Positions 17,353-26,527 of a stretch of DNA of 64,000 nucleotides are shown piece after piece. The translations under genes were made by a program, and so were the position numbers. Source of the DNA: Candidatus Nanoarchaeia archaeon (GTDB lineage: Archaea; Nanobdellota; Nanobdellia; Woesearchaeales; JANQNE01); NCBI GenBank assembly GCA_028279725.1, contig JANQNE010000012.1:71348-135347 (forward strand). The letters are read 5' to 3'. The first letter of the stretch is position 1; every line of letters begins with the position of its first letter. The notes below the pieces were generated by a model that saw nothing but the letters and a program-made list of their open reading frames with translations, made no database searches and was not told the DNA's origin.

Positions 17353-18555
17353 TCAAGTAAAGATTATTAAAAAAGTCTCTTTTAATATATATAAAAGAGT
17401 TCTTATCTTAAGCTTTTTGGTGAGCAGAAATAATTTTCCTGAGGCAGCCATCTTTAGCATACTTTCCAGTATTTGCCCTTTTGTGAAATCCATCCTGGTC
17501 TTTCTTTCAAGCCATTCATCATCTTCTTTAAAAGTACCTAGAACTTTACTAAAAGCAACATCATCTAGTTCATGATGCACTCTTTCTATTATCTTAGCAA
17601 AATGGTAGTTCATTGTATATTTCTTCTTCCATCTTTTATGATAATCCTTTAAGATTCTTTTACTGAAATCATTTTTCTTAAAAGCCTTTATTACTGTATC
17701 TTTTATTAGTCTTCCATCGTCAATCGCGTTTATCAACCCATAACCAGCATCAGGAGAAGCATGAGATGCTGCATTACCTATCCTCAATATGTTATCATCA
17801 TAAGGTATTTCAAAATTATTCATTGCGATTGTTCCGCTTCTTTTCTTGATAATCCTTCTGACTTTAACCTTTTTTATCCTGATATATTTCTCCAGATACT
17901 GATCTAACAAATCCCATTTGACTAGTTCCTTTGTAAAATACATAAGACCAACACTATATTTTTTCTTTGTTATCTTATCTATCCAGAAGTTTACTCTGAT
18001 ATCTGCTGGGAATGGAAAATCCCATAGTATCTCATCAAATTCATTTGCGCTTTCTATTTCATATGCTAGGCACTGCCAGACAAATATTCTATTCTGAAGT
18101 CCAAAAGCAGTATTTGTTGGACTTTTATAGCCTGCCGCATCGATCAATAATTTAGCAGAGAAATCCCCTTTGTTTGTTTTTATTGTGATACCTTCTTTTT
18201 TTGGTAACCAACTAAACGCAATAAATTCGCAGTATTCAATCATCTTGCAGTTCTTTTTGTTTACATTGCCTTTTAATAGTGAAAGTAATTTGTTCTGGTC
18301 AAAAACCCCCATTTTAAACTTTTTTGCACTTGTTCCGACAAGATATGCACTAAAATATACTTCATCGACAAATGTTGAAACAGCAGACTCCAATTTATTT
18401 TGTTTGATATCATCTGCAAAACAAGCCCAAGTATTCTTTGTTTGCCCTATTTTGTCTTTTTCTATCAAAAGAACTTTAAATCCATGATTACTAAGTTCTG
18501 CTGCTGCACTAAGTCCTGCAGGTCCTGCTCCGGCAACTATCACGTCATAGTTCAT
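17353..18555 (-). CDS. FAD-dependent geranylgeranyl reductase-family oxidoreductase, paralog 1
   Basis: N-terminal FAD fingerprint YDVIVAGAGPAGLSAAAEL plus LLIEKD. Size matches archaeal GGR. Confidence 0.75.
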   Translation of the reverse strand: MNYDVIVAGAGPAGLSAAAELSNHGFKVLLIEKDKIGQTKNTWACFADDIKQNKLESAVSTFVDEVYFSAYLVGTSAKKFKMGVFDQNKLLSLLKGNVNKKNCKMIEYCEFIAFSWLPKKEGITIKTNKGDFSAKLLIDAAGYKSPTNTAFGLQNRIFVWQCLAYEIESANEFDEILWDFPFPADIRVNFWIDKITKKKYSVGLMYFTKELVKWDLLDQYLEKYIRIKKVKVRRIIKKRSGTIAMNNFEIPYDDNILRIGNAASHASPDAGYGLINAIDDGRLIKDTVIKAFKKNDFSKRILKDYHKRWKKKYTMNYHFAKIIERVHHELDDVAFSKVLGTFKEDDEWLERKTRMDFTKGQILESMLKMAASGKLFLLTKKLKIRTLLYILKETFLIIFT

Positions 18556-18556
18556 T

Positions 18557-19765
18557 TTATATCAGTGCCCCTATACTTTTTATTATAATTTTTATTTTAT
18601 CTCTAGTTTTAGCTTTTGATAAGAGTCTGAAGATTAATAATGGTCTTTTGATTATTATTTGTAGGAACAAACTTCTAATCTGGTTTTTTGTTAGTTCTAG
18701 TTTTATTCCTTTTAGGTGTATGTCACTTTTAAAACCAGAAACGGTTTTCAGATATTCATTTAGTTCTATGTCATTCATAAGTGTGTTTAATTTATTTACG
18801 ATTGAAAGAATGGCATAATTTGTTTTTATCTTTTTGACCCATCTCTTTTGGTATCTTTTTAGGAATCTTTCGTCAGTTCTTTTTTGGTTTATTGATTCCT
18901 CAGCAACTTTTGCTGCTATCTTTGCATTTCTTATTGCAGGAATCAATCCAAAGAATCCATGAGGCAATGCTTGTGCCGCAGAGTCTCCAACAAGTAAGAT
19001 ATTGTCAAAATATGATCTATAGGTTTCACCAATAGGTATTAGCCCATATTTTCTGTTCTTTCTTCTATCTTTTATATCTTTTAATCTGATAAATTTATTT
19101 AGTTCTTCTTCAATCACTTCTTTTGGAAGAGGTTTCTCTACAATATTCATTGTTCCGATCCATGCACTAGTTTTGCTTAAAGGTTCTACCCAAAACCAGG
19201 TTTTGTGGGGGGTCGGAAAAGCTATCTCACTAAGGATGGCTTCCTTTTCATTTATCTCCTGACCATGAAATTCATAACCCATACATTGCAAGTATTTTAT
19301 TTTCTTATTTAACCCATAAGATTTAGCTATCATACTCTTATAACCTGTTGTATCTACCAGTAACCTTGATGTATATTGTCCTTTGTTAGTATTGAGGGCT
19401 ATTGTTTTGTTTTTTTTATCTCTATTAAAAGATATGAGTTCGCAATTTTCTATCAGAGTGCATTTCTTTTTATTGATTCTTTTTTTTAGTTTTAGAAGTA
19501 ATTTTTTACTGTCTATTGTTACAAAATCACCATTTACAACAATTTCAGCACCTAAATAATGTGTGTATTTTAGATGAGTTGTTAAATTAAGTATTGTATC
19601 ATCCAGAGATTCTTCCTTTAGTTGAGATAGAAATCCTCCCCATGCCTTTTCAGTCTTTCCGATCCTATCTTTTTCTATTAGAAGTGTCCTTATCCCTCTT
19701 TTTGATAATTTTCCGGCAACTGTTAACCCGGCGGGGCCTGCTCCAGCAACTATTACATCATACAT
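18557..19765 (-). CDS. FAD-dependent geranylgeranyl reductase-family oxidoreductase, paralog 2
   Basis: MYDVIVAGAGPAGLTVAGKL. The start was trimmed to the internal Met so that it does not overlap paralog 3. Confidence 0.75.
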   Translation of the reverse strand: MYDVIVAGAGPAGLTVAGKLSKRGIRTLLIEKDRIGKTEKAWGGFLSQLKEESLDDTILNLTTHLKYTHYLGAEIVVNGDFVTIDSKKLLLKLKKRINKKKCTLIENCELISFNRDKKNKTIALNTNKGQYTSRLLVDTTGYKSMIAKSYGLNKKIKYLQCMGYEFHGQEINEKEAILSEIAFPTPHKTWFWVEPLSKTSAWIGTMNIVEKPLPKEVIEEELNKFIRLKDIKDRRKNRKYGLIPIGETYRSYFDNILLVGDSAAQALPHGFFGLIPAIRNAKIAAKVAEESINQKRTDERFLKRYQKRWVKKIKTNYAILSIVNKLNTLMNDIELNEYLKTVSGFKSDIHLKGIKLELTKNQIRSLFLQIIIKRPLLIFRLLSKAKTRDKIKIIIKSIGALI

Positions 19766-19766
19766 T

Positions 19767-21005
19767 TTAAACAAATCTTGACGTGAACTCTCTTTTGCCT
19801 TTAATCGTAGATAGTTTTGATATATTGGTCTTAAAAGTGCTTGTGATTGCATCTTTTATTGAATGAAAAGAAATAAGCTTGTTGATAATATCTACACTAA
19901 ATCTGGATTTTATGAATTTGTACTGGTCTTGGTTGGATAGTTTTCCAAATCTTGTTATAATGTCATCAAAGTCGTCATTAGTCAGATGACAGACCATGTA
20001 ATGACGTAAGATAATACCATAAAAGTAGTACTTACCAAACCTATCCCACCATATGTTATCATATTCTTTTAGTGTTCTAGTAGTTAGATCTCTTTTCTTA
20101 AAAGCTTTTTTAACCACTTTTGCTGCTTCTCTGCCCATCTCAAGCGATACCCTAATCCCTTCTCCCATGATGGGTGTTGCCTGACCTGCAGCATCACCTA
20201 CAAACAGCATCCTATCATCAATCATCTTTTCCAGCGGATCTATCGGGTATTCTATGAATAATTCCGTCCCCTTGACCTCTTTTGCTTTTGACAGATTATA
20301 ATGCTTAAATTCTTTTATAGCTCTCAATAGATTGACCCTCATATCATTCTTAGTTAATTCAACAAGAGGAGCGACATCACCTATCACTATCTGGCATCTG
20401 TTTTTTGTTATCGGGTAGACCCACCAGCCTGTTTTTGCGTATTTTCTGTCTATGAAAAAGACTGCTTCGTTTGGTTTTTTGATGTTGCAATTTTTTAGTT
20501 CAAAACCATAGAGCTTATAGTATGCTTTTTCCCTGAGTATCCCTAGCTGTTCTGTTATTGCAGAAGAGTTTCCGGTTGTGACCAGCAGCATCTTGCAGTG
20601 ATAGTCTGTGTTGTTTTCATCAGTTAATCTGATCCTTGTCTTTTGTCTTTTTATCTCTATGATCTCTGAGTTAAATCTGAAGTCTATATTCTTTGATCTT
20701 TTTTTCATCATCTTTAGCGCTTTGAAAAGATCAAAGAGTGCTGTGTTTTCTTTTTTCATATTCGTTGCTGTTTTTTTCGTAGGTCCATAGAATCCTGTTG
20801 AGTTATATATCCTTTTAATGGTTTTTTCTAAATTAAACTTCTTTAGAGTATTCATGAATGTTGCTTTAAGATTCAGTACACCCTTATCCAGGCTTTTGTT
20901 TTTTTCTAGAACAAGCACTTTTAGTCCGGAGTTATCTAATTCTTCTGCTGCACTAAGACCAGCAGTTCCCGCGCCCACTATAATGACGTCGTAGTTGTTA
21001 CCCAT
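19767..21005 (-). CDS. FAD-dependent geranylgeranyl reductase-family oxidoreductase, paralog 3
   Basis: YDVIIVGAGTAGLSAAEEL, and a GD motif in LFVGDAAGQATPIMGEGI. Confidence 0.75.
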   Translation of the reverse strand: MGNNYDVIIVGAGTAGLSAAEELDNSGLKVLVLEKNKSLDKGVLNLKATFMNTLKKFNLEKTIKRIYNSTGFYGPTKKTATNMKKENTALFDLFKALKMMKKRSKNIDFRFNSEIIEIKRQKTRIRLTDENNTDYHCKMLLVTTGNSSAITEQLGILREKAYYKLYGFELKNCNIKKPNEAVFFIDRKYAKTGWWVYPITKNRCQIVIGDVAPLVELTKNDMRVNLLRAIKEFKHYNLSKAKEVKGTELFIEYPIDPLEKMIDDRMLFVGDAAGQATPIMGEGIRVSLEMGREAAKVVKKAFKKRDLTTRTLKEYDNIWWDRFGKYYFYGIILRHYMVCHLTNDDFDDIITRFGKLSNQDQYKFIKSRFSVDIINKLISFHSIKDAITSTFKTNISKLSTIKGKREFTSRFV

Positions 21006-21075
21006 ACATAATAGGTTACATCCACCTTTATATACTTTTCCAATAGATTTTTTAAAGAAATATAAATATTATATA

Positions 21076-21363
21076 CTAATCTATATTTTTTAGCTTGTCC
21101 CGTATAAGTTTTCCAGCAGGCTCTAGCCTGTATAATCTTCCTGTCTTCTCTCTTGGGTTAATACATCTGGCAATCCCTTTTTTTCTGAATTCATTAAGCA
21201 CCCTGCTGGTGTTATTTAATGAATAACCTGATCTTCCTGCTATATCTGTAGGTGTTTCAGAATCTTTCATATGGACTATGATCTCTCTCCTTTGTTTTCC
21301 TCTTTTTACCCAGCTTAATTTTTCAACATCTAGTTTTGGCATGAATGCTAATCTATCAAGCAT
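21076..21363 (-). CDS. Small winged-helix transcriptional regulator
   Basis: 95 aa; ...EIIVHMKDSETPTDIAGRSGYSLNNTSRVLNEFRKKGIAR... is wHTH-like. Confidence 0.45.
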   Translation of the reverse strand: MLDRLAFMPKLDVEKLSWVKRGKQRREIIVHMKDSETPTDIAGRSGYSLNNTSRVLNEFRKKGIARCINPREKTGRLYRLEPAGKLIRDKLKNID

Positions 21364-21436
21364 ATATAATAATTATACCTCCAATAACTACTCAATATAT
21401 ACCCAAAAGCTTAAATATGATAAGTATAAACAGAAG

Positions 21437-21646
21437 ATGATGCTTAAAAGAAAGCTTATGGAAAATGCAAAAGAGCTCTTTGAGAGCTTAGATTGTGACC
21501 TATCAGAACTATTTGAAGAAACATACAAGAACAAAGTAGTTATCAACGCAGCAATCTCATTGATCATCAACAAGAATATATTCACTAAAGAAGAACTAGA
21601 AACAAAGATAGCTGAAATAAGAAAAGAGATAAAAGAAAAAGATTAG
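21437..21646 (+). CDS. Small hypothetical protein (about 69 aa; helical, charged)
   Basis: The ORF was trimmed to an internal Met to avoid overlapping the convergent regulator. No motif. Confidence 0.25.
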   Translation: MMLKRKLMENAKELFESLDCDLSELFEETYKNKVVINAAISLIINKNIFTKEELETKIAEIRKEIKEKD

Positions 21647-22326
21647 ATATATCCTTCTTCTTTTAAGCTTACAAACCTGTTATCTCCGATGATTATATGG
21701 TCCAGCACCTGGATGCCTAAAATATTTCCTGCTCCTACAATCTGTTCTGAAACCTCAATATCCTCTTCACTAGGGCTGGGATCTCCAGAAGGATGGTTAT
21801 GTACAAGAATCATAGCTGCTGCTGACTCAGCAAGCGCTATCTTGAATATCTCACGCGGATGAATCACCGAACAGTCCAGACTTCCAATAAAGATCGTCTC
21901 CTGTCCTATTATCCTCTTTCTTGAATCAAGAAACAACCCTAAAAAATGCTCTTTTTTAAGACCAGACAACTGAGGCATCAAAATCCTTGCAATATCTTTT
22001 GCTGAGTTTGCCACATCTTTCTTCTCCCTCTTAAAGCAAGACATCCTTCTTCCAAGCTCAAAACAGGCGATGATCTGACAAGCCTTTGCCTCACCCACAC
22101 CAAAAGTCTTTTTCAAGCTGCCTACTCTTGCCCTAGAAAGAACCTTTAGATCATACTTTTTGATCACTCTTTTAGACAAATCAAGAACGTTCTCCTTCTT
22201 ATTTCCTGTCCGAATGACCACAGCCAATAACTCTGCATCACTGAGTGATCCAGACCCCTTCCTAACCAAGCGTTCCCTTGGCCTCTCTTCCAAAGGAAAA
22301 TCTTTGATCCTAAGCTTGTACTCATG
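21643..22326 (-). CDS. radC: RadC-like JAB/MPN (JAMM) domain protein
   Basis: JAMM motif HNHPSGDPSPSEED, and an N-terminal HhH-like region (LSDAELLAVVIRTG). Confidence 0.8.
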   Translation of the reverse strand, partial: HEYKLRIKDFPLEERPRERLVRKGSGSLSDAELLAVVIRTGNKKENVLDLSKRVIKKYDLKVLSRARVGSLKKTFGVGEAKACQIIACFELGRRMSCFKREKKDVANSAKDIARILMPQLSGLKKEHFLGLFLDSRKRIIGQETIFIGSLDCSVIHPREIFKIALAESAAAMILVHNHPSGDPSPSEEDIEVSEQIVGAGNILGIQVLDHIIIGDNRFVSLKEEGYI

Positions 22327-22389
22327 CATGTATATCCATAAGGCAAGAAAATTTATAAAGATTCTTCGCAAATGTCCAGTGTCCAGTGC

Positions 22390-22599
22390 TCACCTAAGTT
22401 CTTTTAAAAAATTCCTGACTGCTTCTTTTACAACCTCTCCTCTTGACTTATAACCTAACTTAGAATTATCCACTACTAGATCGATCCTGTCAACTAAATC
22501 TACAGGCAATGCAATATTTTTATAATAAGACCTTTTAGTAATCACAATCATCCTCAAGAATATAAGTGCATCTTGAAAAGCAGGTTTCGGCATATGCAC
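22390..22599 (-). CDS. Ribbon-helix-helix (CopG/NikR-N-like) DNA-binding protein
   Basis: IALPVDLVDRIDLVVDNSKLGYKSRGEVVKEAVRNFLKE is the classic RHH pattern. Confidence 0.55.
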   Translation of the reverse strand: MHMPKPAFQDALIFLRMIVITKRSYYKNIALPVDLVDRIDLVVDNSKLGYKSRGEVVKEAVRNFLKELR

Positions 22600-22786
22600 A
22601 TCCGTCTAATGTGCATGGGTCGTTGTCATCACATTCTGTGTTATTGCTGCATTCTACAAAGCACGTTTCTGCAACAACATCTCCAGTTATGACTCCTTTA
22701 AGACCTCCGATTATGAATGATGCAATTATTACAAATGAGAAGAAAGATACCATAAATATGAGAGGTTTTTTCCTTTCGTCTATCAT
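22535..22786 (-). CDS. Small secreted or membrane-anchored Cys-rich protein
   Basis: N-terminal TM/signal (LIFMVSFFSFVIIASFIIGG) followed by a Cys-dense C-terminus (CFVECSNNTECDDNDPCTLDGCAYAETCFSRC). Confidence 0.4.
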   Translation of the reverse strand: MIDERKKPLIFMVSFFSFVIIASFIIGGLKGVITGDVVAETCFVECSNNTECDDNDPCTLDGCAYAETCFSRCTYILEDDCDY

Positions 22787-23670
22787 TTTTTCCAGTCTTT
22801 TTCAAAACTTCTTTTTCTTGCGATGACCCATATTATGAAGACTAATATGGCAAACCACATAAGAAGGATACTCCAGCTTGATGAAAGAGGTATTACCTCT
22901 GTCTCTAAAATTACTGGTTTTTTTATCGGCAGTGTTCCCTGTTCAACAACATCAAATCTGATCAGCCTTTTACTTAACACCCAGCTGTCATCAAGATATG
23001 TTGTGACCTTAGCCCAATAAGTGCCTAATGGCAGATCGTTAGGCATGCTTAGCTCAATAATATCTGTGCTGTAAGGCAACAGTGTTCTTTTCTCCGAATT
23101 ATCTGATTTCAGGATCTGGTTTTTAGAGGCATCCAGAACGTTGATCTTAAAAAGAGGGGAAATAGCAATATTGCCCTGGTTTTGCACTGTCACTGAAGCT
23201 CTTATCGGGCTTTTTTCTTCAGTAGCAGGCACTGATACATCTTCAATTTCTGCCTGCATGATCTCCTGATCTGTAACTTCAACAGTTGTCTTAAGTGTTT
23301 TTGCTGAAGATACTACTGAGGTTATCTGATTTCCTGAAGGAAATGCATTGATTATAAGAAATCCCTCATATACCCCTAAGAATGCTTCGGTCGGCCTGAT
23401 CATCACCTTAAATTCTGTAAATGAGCTGTTTGTCACATATGCTGACCTTGGTTCTGATTTTATCCATGGATGGATAAGATCTGATGTTGAGATAACGACT
23501 TCTGTAGGTTCCGGGCTGTCGCTTTTCACCTTAAGTATCTTTTCTGCATAGCCATTGTTCAGGACATTTTCGAAAATTAGTTCTTCTGGTTCTGTTATTA
23601 TATTTACAGCATAGGCATAAGAAGATAGCAGGATAAGAAGCACTAAAAAGGGAATTCTTTTTTGTATCAT
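22783..23670 (-). CDS. Secreted surface protein with a C-terminal TM anchor
   Basis: Signal peptide IPFLVLLILLSSYAYA. The C-terminus is SSWSILLMWFAILVFIIWVIARKRSFEKDWKK. Confidence 0.55.
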   Translation of the reverse strand: MIQKRIPFLVLLILLSSYAYAVNIITEPEELIFENVLNNGYAEKILKVKSDSPEPTEVVISTSDLIHPWIKSEPRSAYVTNSSFTEFKVMIRPTEAFLGVYEGFLIINAFPSGNQITSVVSSAKTLKTTVEVTDQEIMQAEIEDVSVPATEEKSPIRASVTVQNQGNIAISPLFKINVLDASKNQILKSDNSEKRTLLPYSTDIIELSMPNDLPLGTYWAKVTTYLDDSWVLSKRLIRFDVVEQGTLPIKKPVILETEVIPLSSSWSILLMWFAILVFIIWVIARKRSFEKDWKK

Positions 23671-23758
23671 TGTTAATCAATCGTGATAAAATTTATTTAT
23701 TCCTTTTTCATTCAATAAATGAGGAAAAACCTATTATCTCATCAAAGAAGGTAAAGAA

Positions 23759-24217
23759 TCAGGAGATTACATCAAATACTGCTGAGTCTTCCATACTGCT
23801 TCCTGAGAACCTGACTATAAGATTATAAAGTCCGAAAGAATCAGGAGATCTTATCTTGAAATCTAAGAGATTCATTATCATGTCTTTCTCTATGACAACA
23901 TCCTCACCTTCATAGGTGTGAGGGATATTATATTTGTCGATAAGGGTGTCAATTCCTGAATCAAATACTTCTATCTTGTCTATCAGGATCATCATCCTTG
24001 TGTCAGAAGGGAACTTTCCTTTGCTGATCTTAATATCTCCAACCAGCTGTTCTCCAATACCATAGTCTGTCTCTATGAGCCTTACTTCTATGGGCTGGTT
24101 TTCCAGGACAGCAAATCCAGTTATCTTTCCTTTTCCTAAGGACATAGAAAGTATCCATAAAAGCAGAGCTATTGTCGCTATATATATTGCAAGCAATATT
24201 ATGCTCTTTTTTTCCAT
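23759..24217 (-). CDS. Small N-terminally anchored extracellular protein
   Basis: N-terminal TM IILLAIYIATIALLLWILSMSLG. Confidence 0.45.
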   Translation of the reverse strand: MEKKSIILLAIYIATIALLLWILSMSLGKGKITGFAVLENQPIEVRLIETDYGIGEQLVGDIKISKGKFPSDTRMMILIDKIEVFDSGIDTLIDKYNIPHTYEGEDVVIEKDMIMNLLDFKIRSPDSFGLYNLIVRFSGSSMEDSAVFDVIS

Positions 24218-24337
24218 GGTGATTTTTATCTTTGTTGTTATGTATAAATGTTTTTTTTCATTTGATTTGGTGGACAGTCATTATCTGCGGTCAGGGAATA
24301 AAAAAAATATATATCATGCAATGGTGATTTTTAAAGT

Positions 24338-24460
24338 ATGGACATCATAGAATTAAGCGTAGGAGCTACTGTAATTAGCGGCGGTGCTTTTTTGCTGACA
24401 TATCTCAAAAAAATAAAAAATAAGATGAAGAGATCTGTTCTTAGAAATAATGAAGAATGA
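24338..24460 (+). CDS. Mini membrane protein (40 aa) translationally coupled (ATGA) to the rhomboid gene
   Basis: MDIIELSVGATVISGGAFLLTYLKKIKNKMKRSVLRNNEE. It has a single TM helix, and its stop overlaps the ATG at 24457. Confidence 0.3.
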   Translation: MDIIELSVGATVISGGAFLLTYLKKIKNKMKRSVLRNNEE

Positions 24461-25041
24461 AAAAAATACTTGTCTTTTCATTAGCACTGATACTGATATA
24501 TGTGGGTGTCTTTTTTGTTCCTGGAAGAGTTGAAAGATTATCTTTGATGCCTGATAAGATAACTGAAGCATGGAGGTTTCTGACATATTCTTTTGTCCAT
24601 CTTGACATAATGCATCTTATCGAGAATATAGCGGGGCTTACTTTAATAGCTCTTATCGCTGTTGAACTAAGGATAGCTCTTGGTGATTTTTCTTCTGTAT
24701 ATCTGTCTTCTGGATTCCTTTCTGTTATTCCTTTATGGTTTATGATGTCTTTTACTGCATTAGGAGCATCAAATGCTATATTCGGAGGGTTTGGACTGAT
24801 AAGCCAGGAAACAAGAAAGTTTGGTGTTAAGGTATGGATCATCATACTAATAGCAACTTTGCTTATTTTTATGAAAAGTTTCTTTGCGATCGGAACTGGG
24901 GAGTTTAGCAGTGCGATAAAGCAGAGTCTCTCTCATTTTTTTGGGTTTATGTTCGGGATCTGTTTCTTTTTTTTGATATCTAAGATCAGATCAATCAGTA
25001 TGAATAAGAAAAGATCTGTTTTAAGAGGTGATTATCGATGA
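24457..25041 (+). CDS. Rhomboid-family intramembrane protease-like protein
   Basis: TM2-like HLDIMHLIENI (HxxxxHLxxN), a Ser motif ALGASNAIFGGFG at the GxSG position, and the TM6 His motif LSHFFGFMFG (AHxxGxxxG). Confidence 0.55.
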   Translation: MKKILVFSLALILIYVGVFFVPGRVERLSLMPDKITEAWRFLTYSFVHLDIMHLIENIAGLTLIALIAVELRIALGDFSSVYLSSGFLSVIPLWFMMSFTALGASNAIFGGFGLISQETRKFGVKVWIIILIATLLIFMKSFFAIGTGEFSSAIKQSLSHFFGFMFGICFFFLISKIRSISMNKKRSVLRGDYR

Positions 25042-25781
25042 AAAAATCTTCTAAAAAAAGCCCTACTGGAATAAAAGGGCTAGATAAGATGCTGATGGGA
25101 GGTGTTGTTAGTGGAAGAAATACATTAGTCTCCGGGCCTTGCGGAAGCGGGAAAAGCACTTTTGCAGCTCATTTCCTCCATAGCGGTATAAAAGATCATG
25201 GGGAAAAAGGGATGTATGTAACATTAGAAGAGACTAAAGAAAAATTTTATAATGATATGGCTGAATTTGGGATGGACCTTAAAGCTGCTGAAAAAAAGGG
25301 AGATTTTGTCCTTGTCGGCGGACCTATCGCAAGCCTTCACGGTTATATGGAAAAGGTCAATGCAAACGTGAAGAATCTTATCGAAGAGATAGAAGAGGTT
25401 GTCAAGGAAAAAGGAGTAAAAAGAGTTGTGATCGATTCTATCAATCTCCTGAGTATGCTTTCTAAAGATGATGATGAAAATAGAAAGACTCTTGCCATGA
25501 TAGCTAATTCACTTTCTGCTCTGGGATGTACGTCTTTGCTGATCTCAGAAACAAAAGAAGGATCTATGGACCTTAGCAGGTATGGAATGGAAGAGTTTGT
25601 TGTTGATGGAGTTATAGTATTATATCTGATTAGAGAAGGAAGTAAATTCATATCTGGTGTTACTGTAAGAAAGATGAGAGGATCAAACCACGATAAAGAG
25701 ATAAGATATTATCAGATCACAAATAAAGGGATCGTTGTCTATCCTCAGGAATCTGTTTTTACAAACAAGATGATGGAATGA
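25038..25781 (+). CDS. KaiC/RadA-like RecA-superfamily ATPase (single domain)
   Basis: GIKGLDKMLMGGVVSGRNTLVSGPCGSGKSTFAAHF, and Walker B VVIDSINLL. Confidence 0.8.
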   Translation: MKKSSKKSPTGIKGLDKMLMGGVVSGRNTLVSGPCGSGKSTFAAHFLHSGIKDHGEKGMYVTLEETKEKFYNDMAEFGMDLKAAEKKGDFVLVGGPIASLHGYMEKVNANVKNLIEEIEEVVKEKGVKRVVIDSINLLSMLSKDDDENRKTLAMIANSLSALGCTSLLISETKEGSMDLSRYGMEEFVVDGVIVLYLIREGSKFISGVTVRKMRGSNHDKEIRYYQITNKGIVVYPQESVFTNKMME

Positions 25782-25789
25782 GAAAAGAT

Positions 25790-25816
25790 CCCCCCGGGAT
25801 TTGAACCAGGAACCTT
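25790..25816. repeat. Partial copy of a tRNA 3' end (variable loop to T-arm to acceptor), direct repeat 1
   Basis: ccccccgggatttgaaccaggaacctt matches 26534..26559, which is the 3' exon of the adjacent tRNA. No 5' half lies upstream of it. Confidence 0.7.
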
Positions 25817-26432
25817 ACTTGAGTAAATTATTTAATTTTTCTTGTTTTCTTTGTAGATTAAAACCTATTCTTTCTTTGAATAATTTTAGATCTTTAATAG
25901 CTAAAGCATAGACATTTCTCATATATCCAAATCCCGATTTTATTCTTGAAGTTATTTTAAATTCTGTTAACATGTCTTTGACTTGTAAAAGGCCTCTCTC
26001 ATTTATTGAATAAAGTCTAATCGTTTTGTTTCCAGGTATGACGCTTCCTTCATCATCAAATAATGCTTTTAAGAATTCTCTTTTTATCTCTGAACTGCAA
26101 TTCAAAAATAATGGCTTTAATCTCCAGTCTTTTGAGTAATATGTAGCATATTTCATCAAGTCTTCAAATACTAGTTTTGATCTTAACCTTATGTAAGGGA
26201 TATCTTTTCCTGTCTTGCCTGACGGGTTTTTTCCATGCATGGCTTTAAGCCCATATGTATTTACTAGGTCAGTTTCAAATGAATCAAGTAATTCTTTGTC
26301 TGAAACTTCATACTTTATGTTATAGTCATGCTTGCTTATGCCAACATAACCATCACCAATAGAATGTGCTATAAGTCTGGCTTTTCCCTCTGTTAATTTA
26401 TCAAAACCTTTTTTTGGTTTTTTTACCCTCAT
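25815..26432 (-). CDS. LAGLIDADG-family homing endonuclease, two-motif single-chain type
   Basis: Motif 1 is ARLIAHSIGDGYVGI and motif 2 is REFLKALFDDEGSVIP, about 100 aa apart. The ORF-track N-terminus (to 26615) reads through the tRNA 3' exon and is treated as spurious; the start is set at the internal Met (MRVKKPKK...). Confidence 0.6.
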   Translation of the reverse strand: MRVKKPKKGFDKLTEGKARLIAHSIGDGYVGISKHDYNIKYEVSDKELLDSFETDLVNTYGLKAMHGKNPSGKTGKDIPYIRLRSKLVFEDLMKYATYYSKDWRLKPLFLNCSSEIKREFLKALFDDEGSVIPGNKTIRLYSINERGLLQVKDMLTEFKITSRIKSGFGYMRNVYALAIKDLKLFKERIGFNLQRKQEKLNNLLK

Positions 26433-26527
26433 AACAGAAAATTGCTTTTTAGATTTAAATAATTTAGGAACATCTGTCCAGTGTCCAGTGCTTAAGAAAA
26501 AATACCAGGAGTTGCCTCCTGGAGAAT

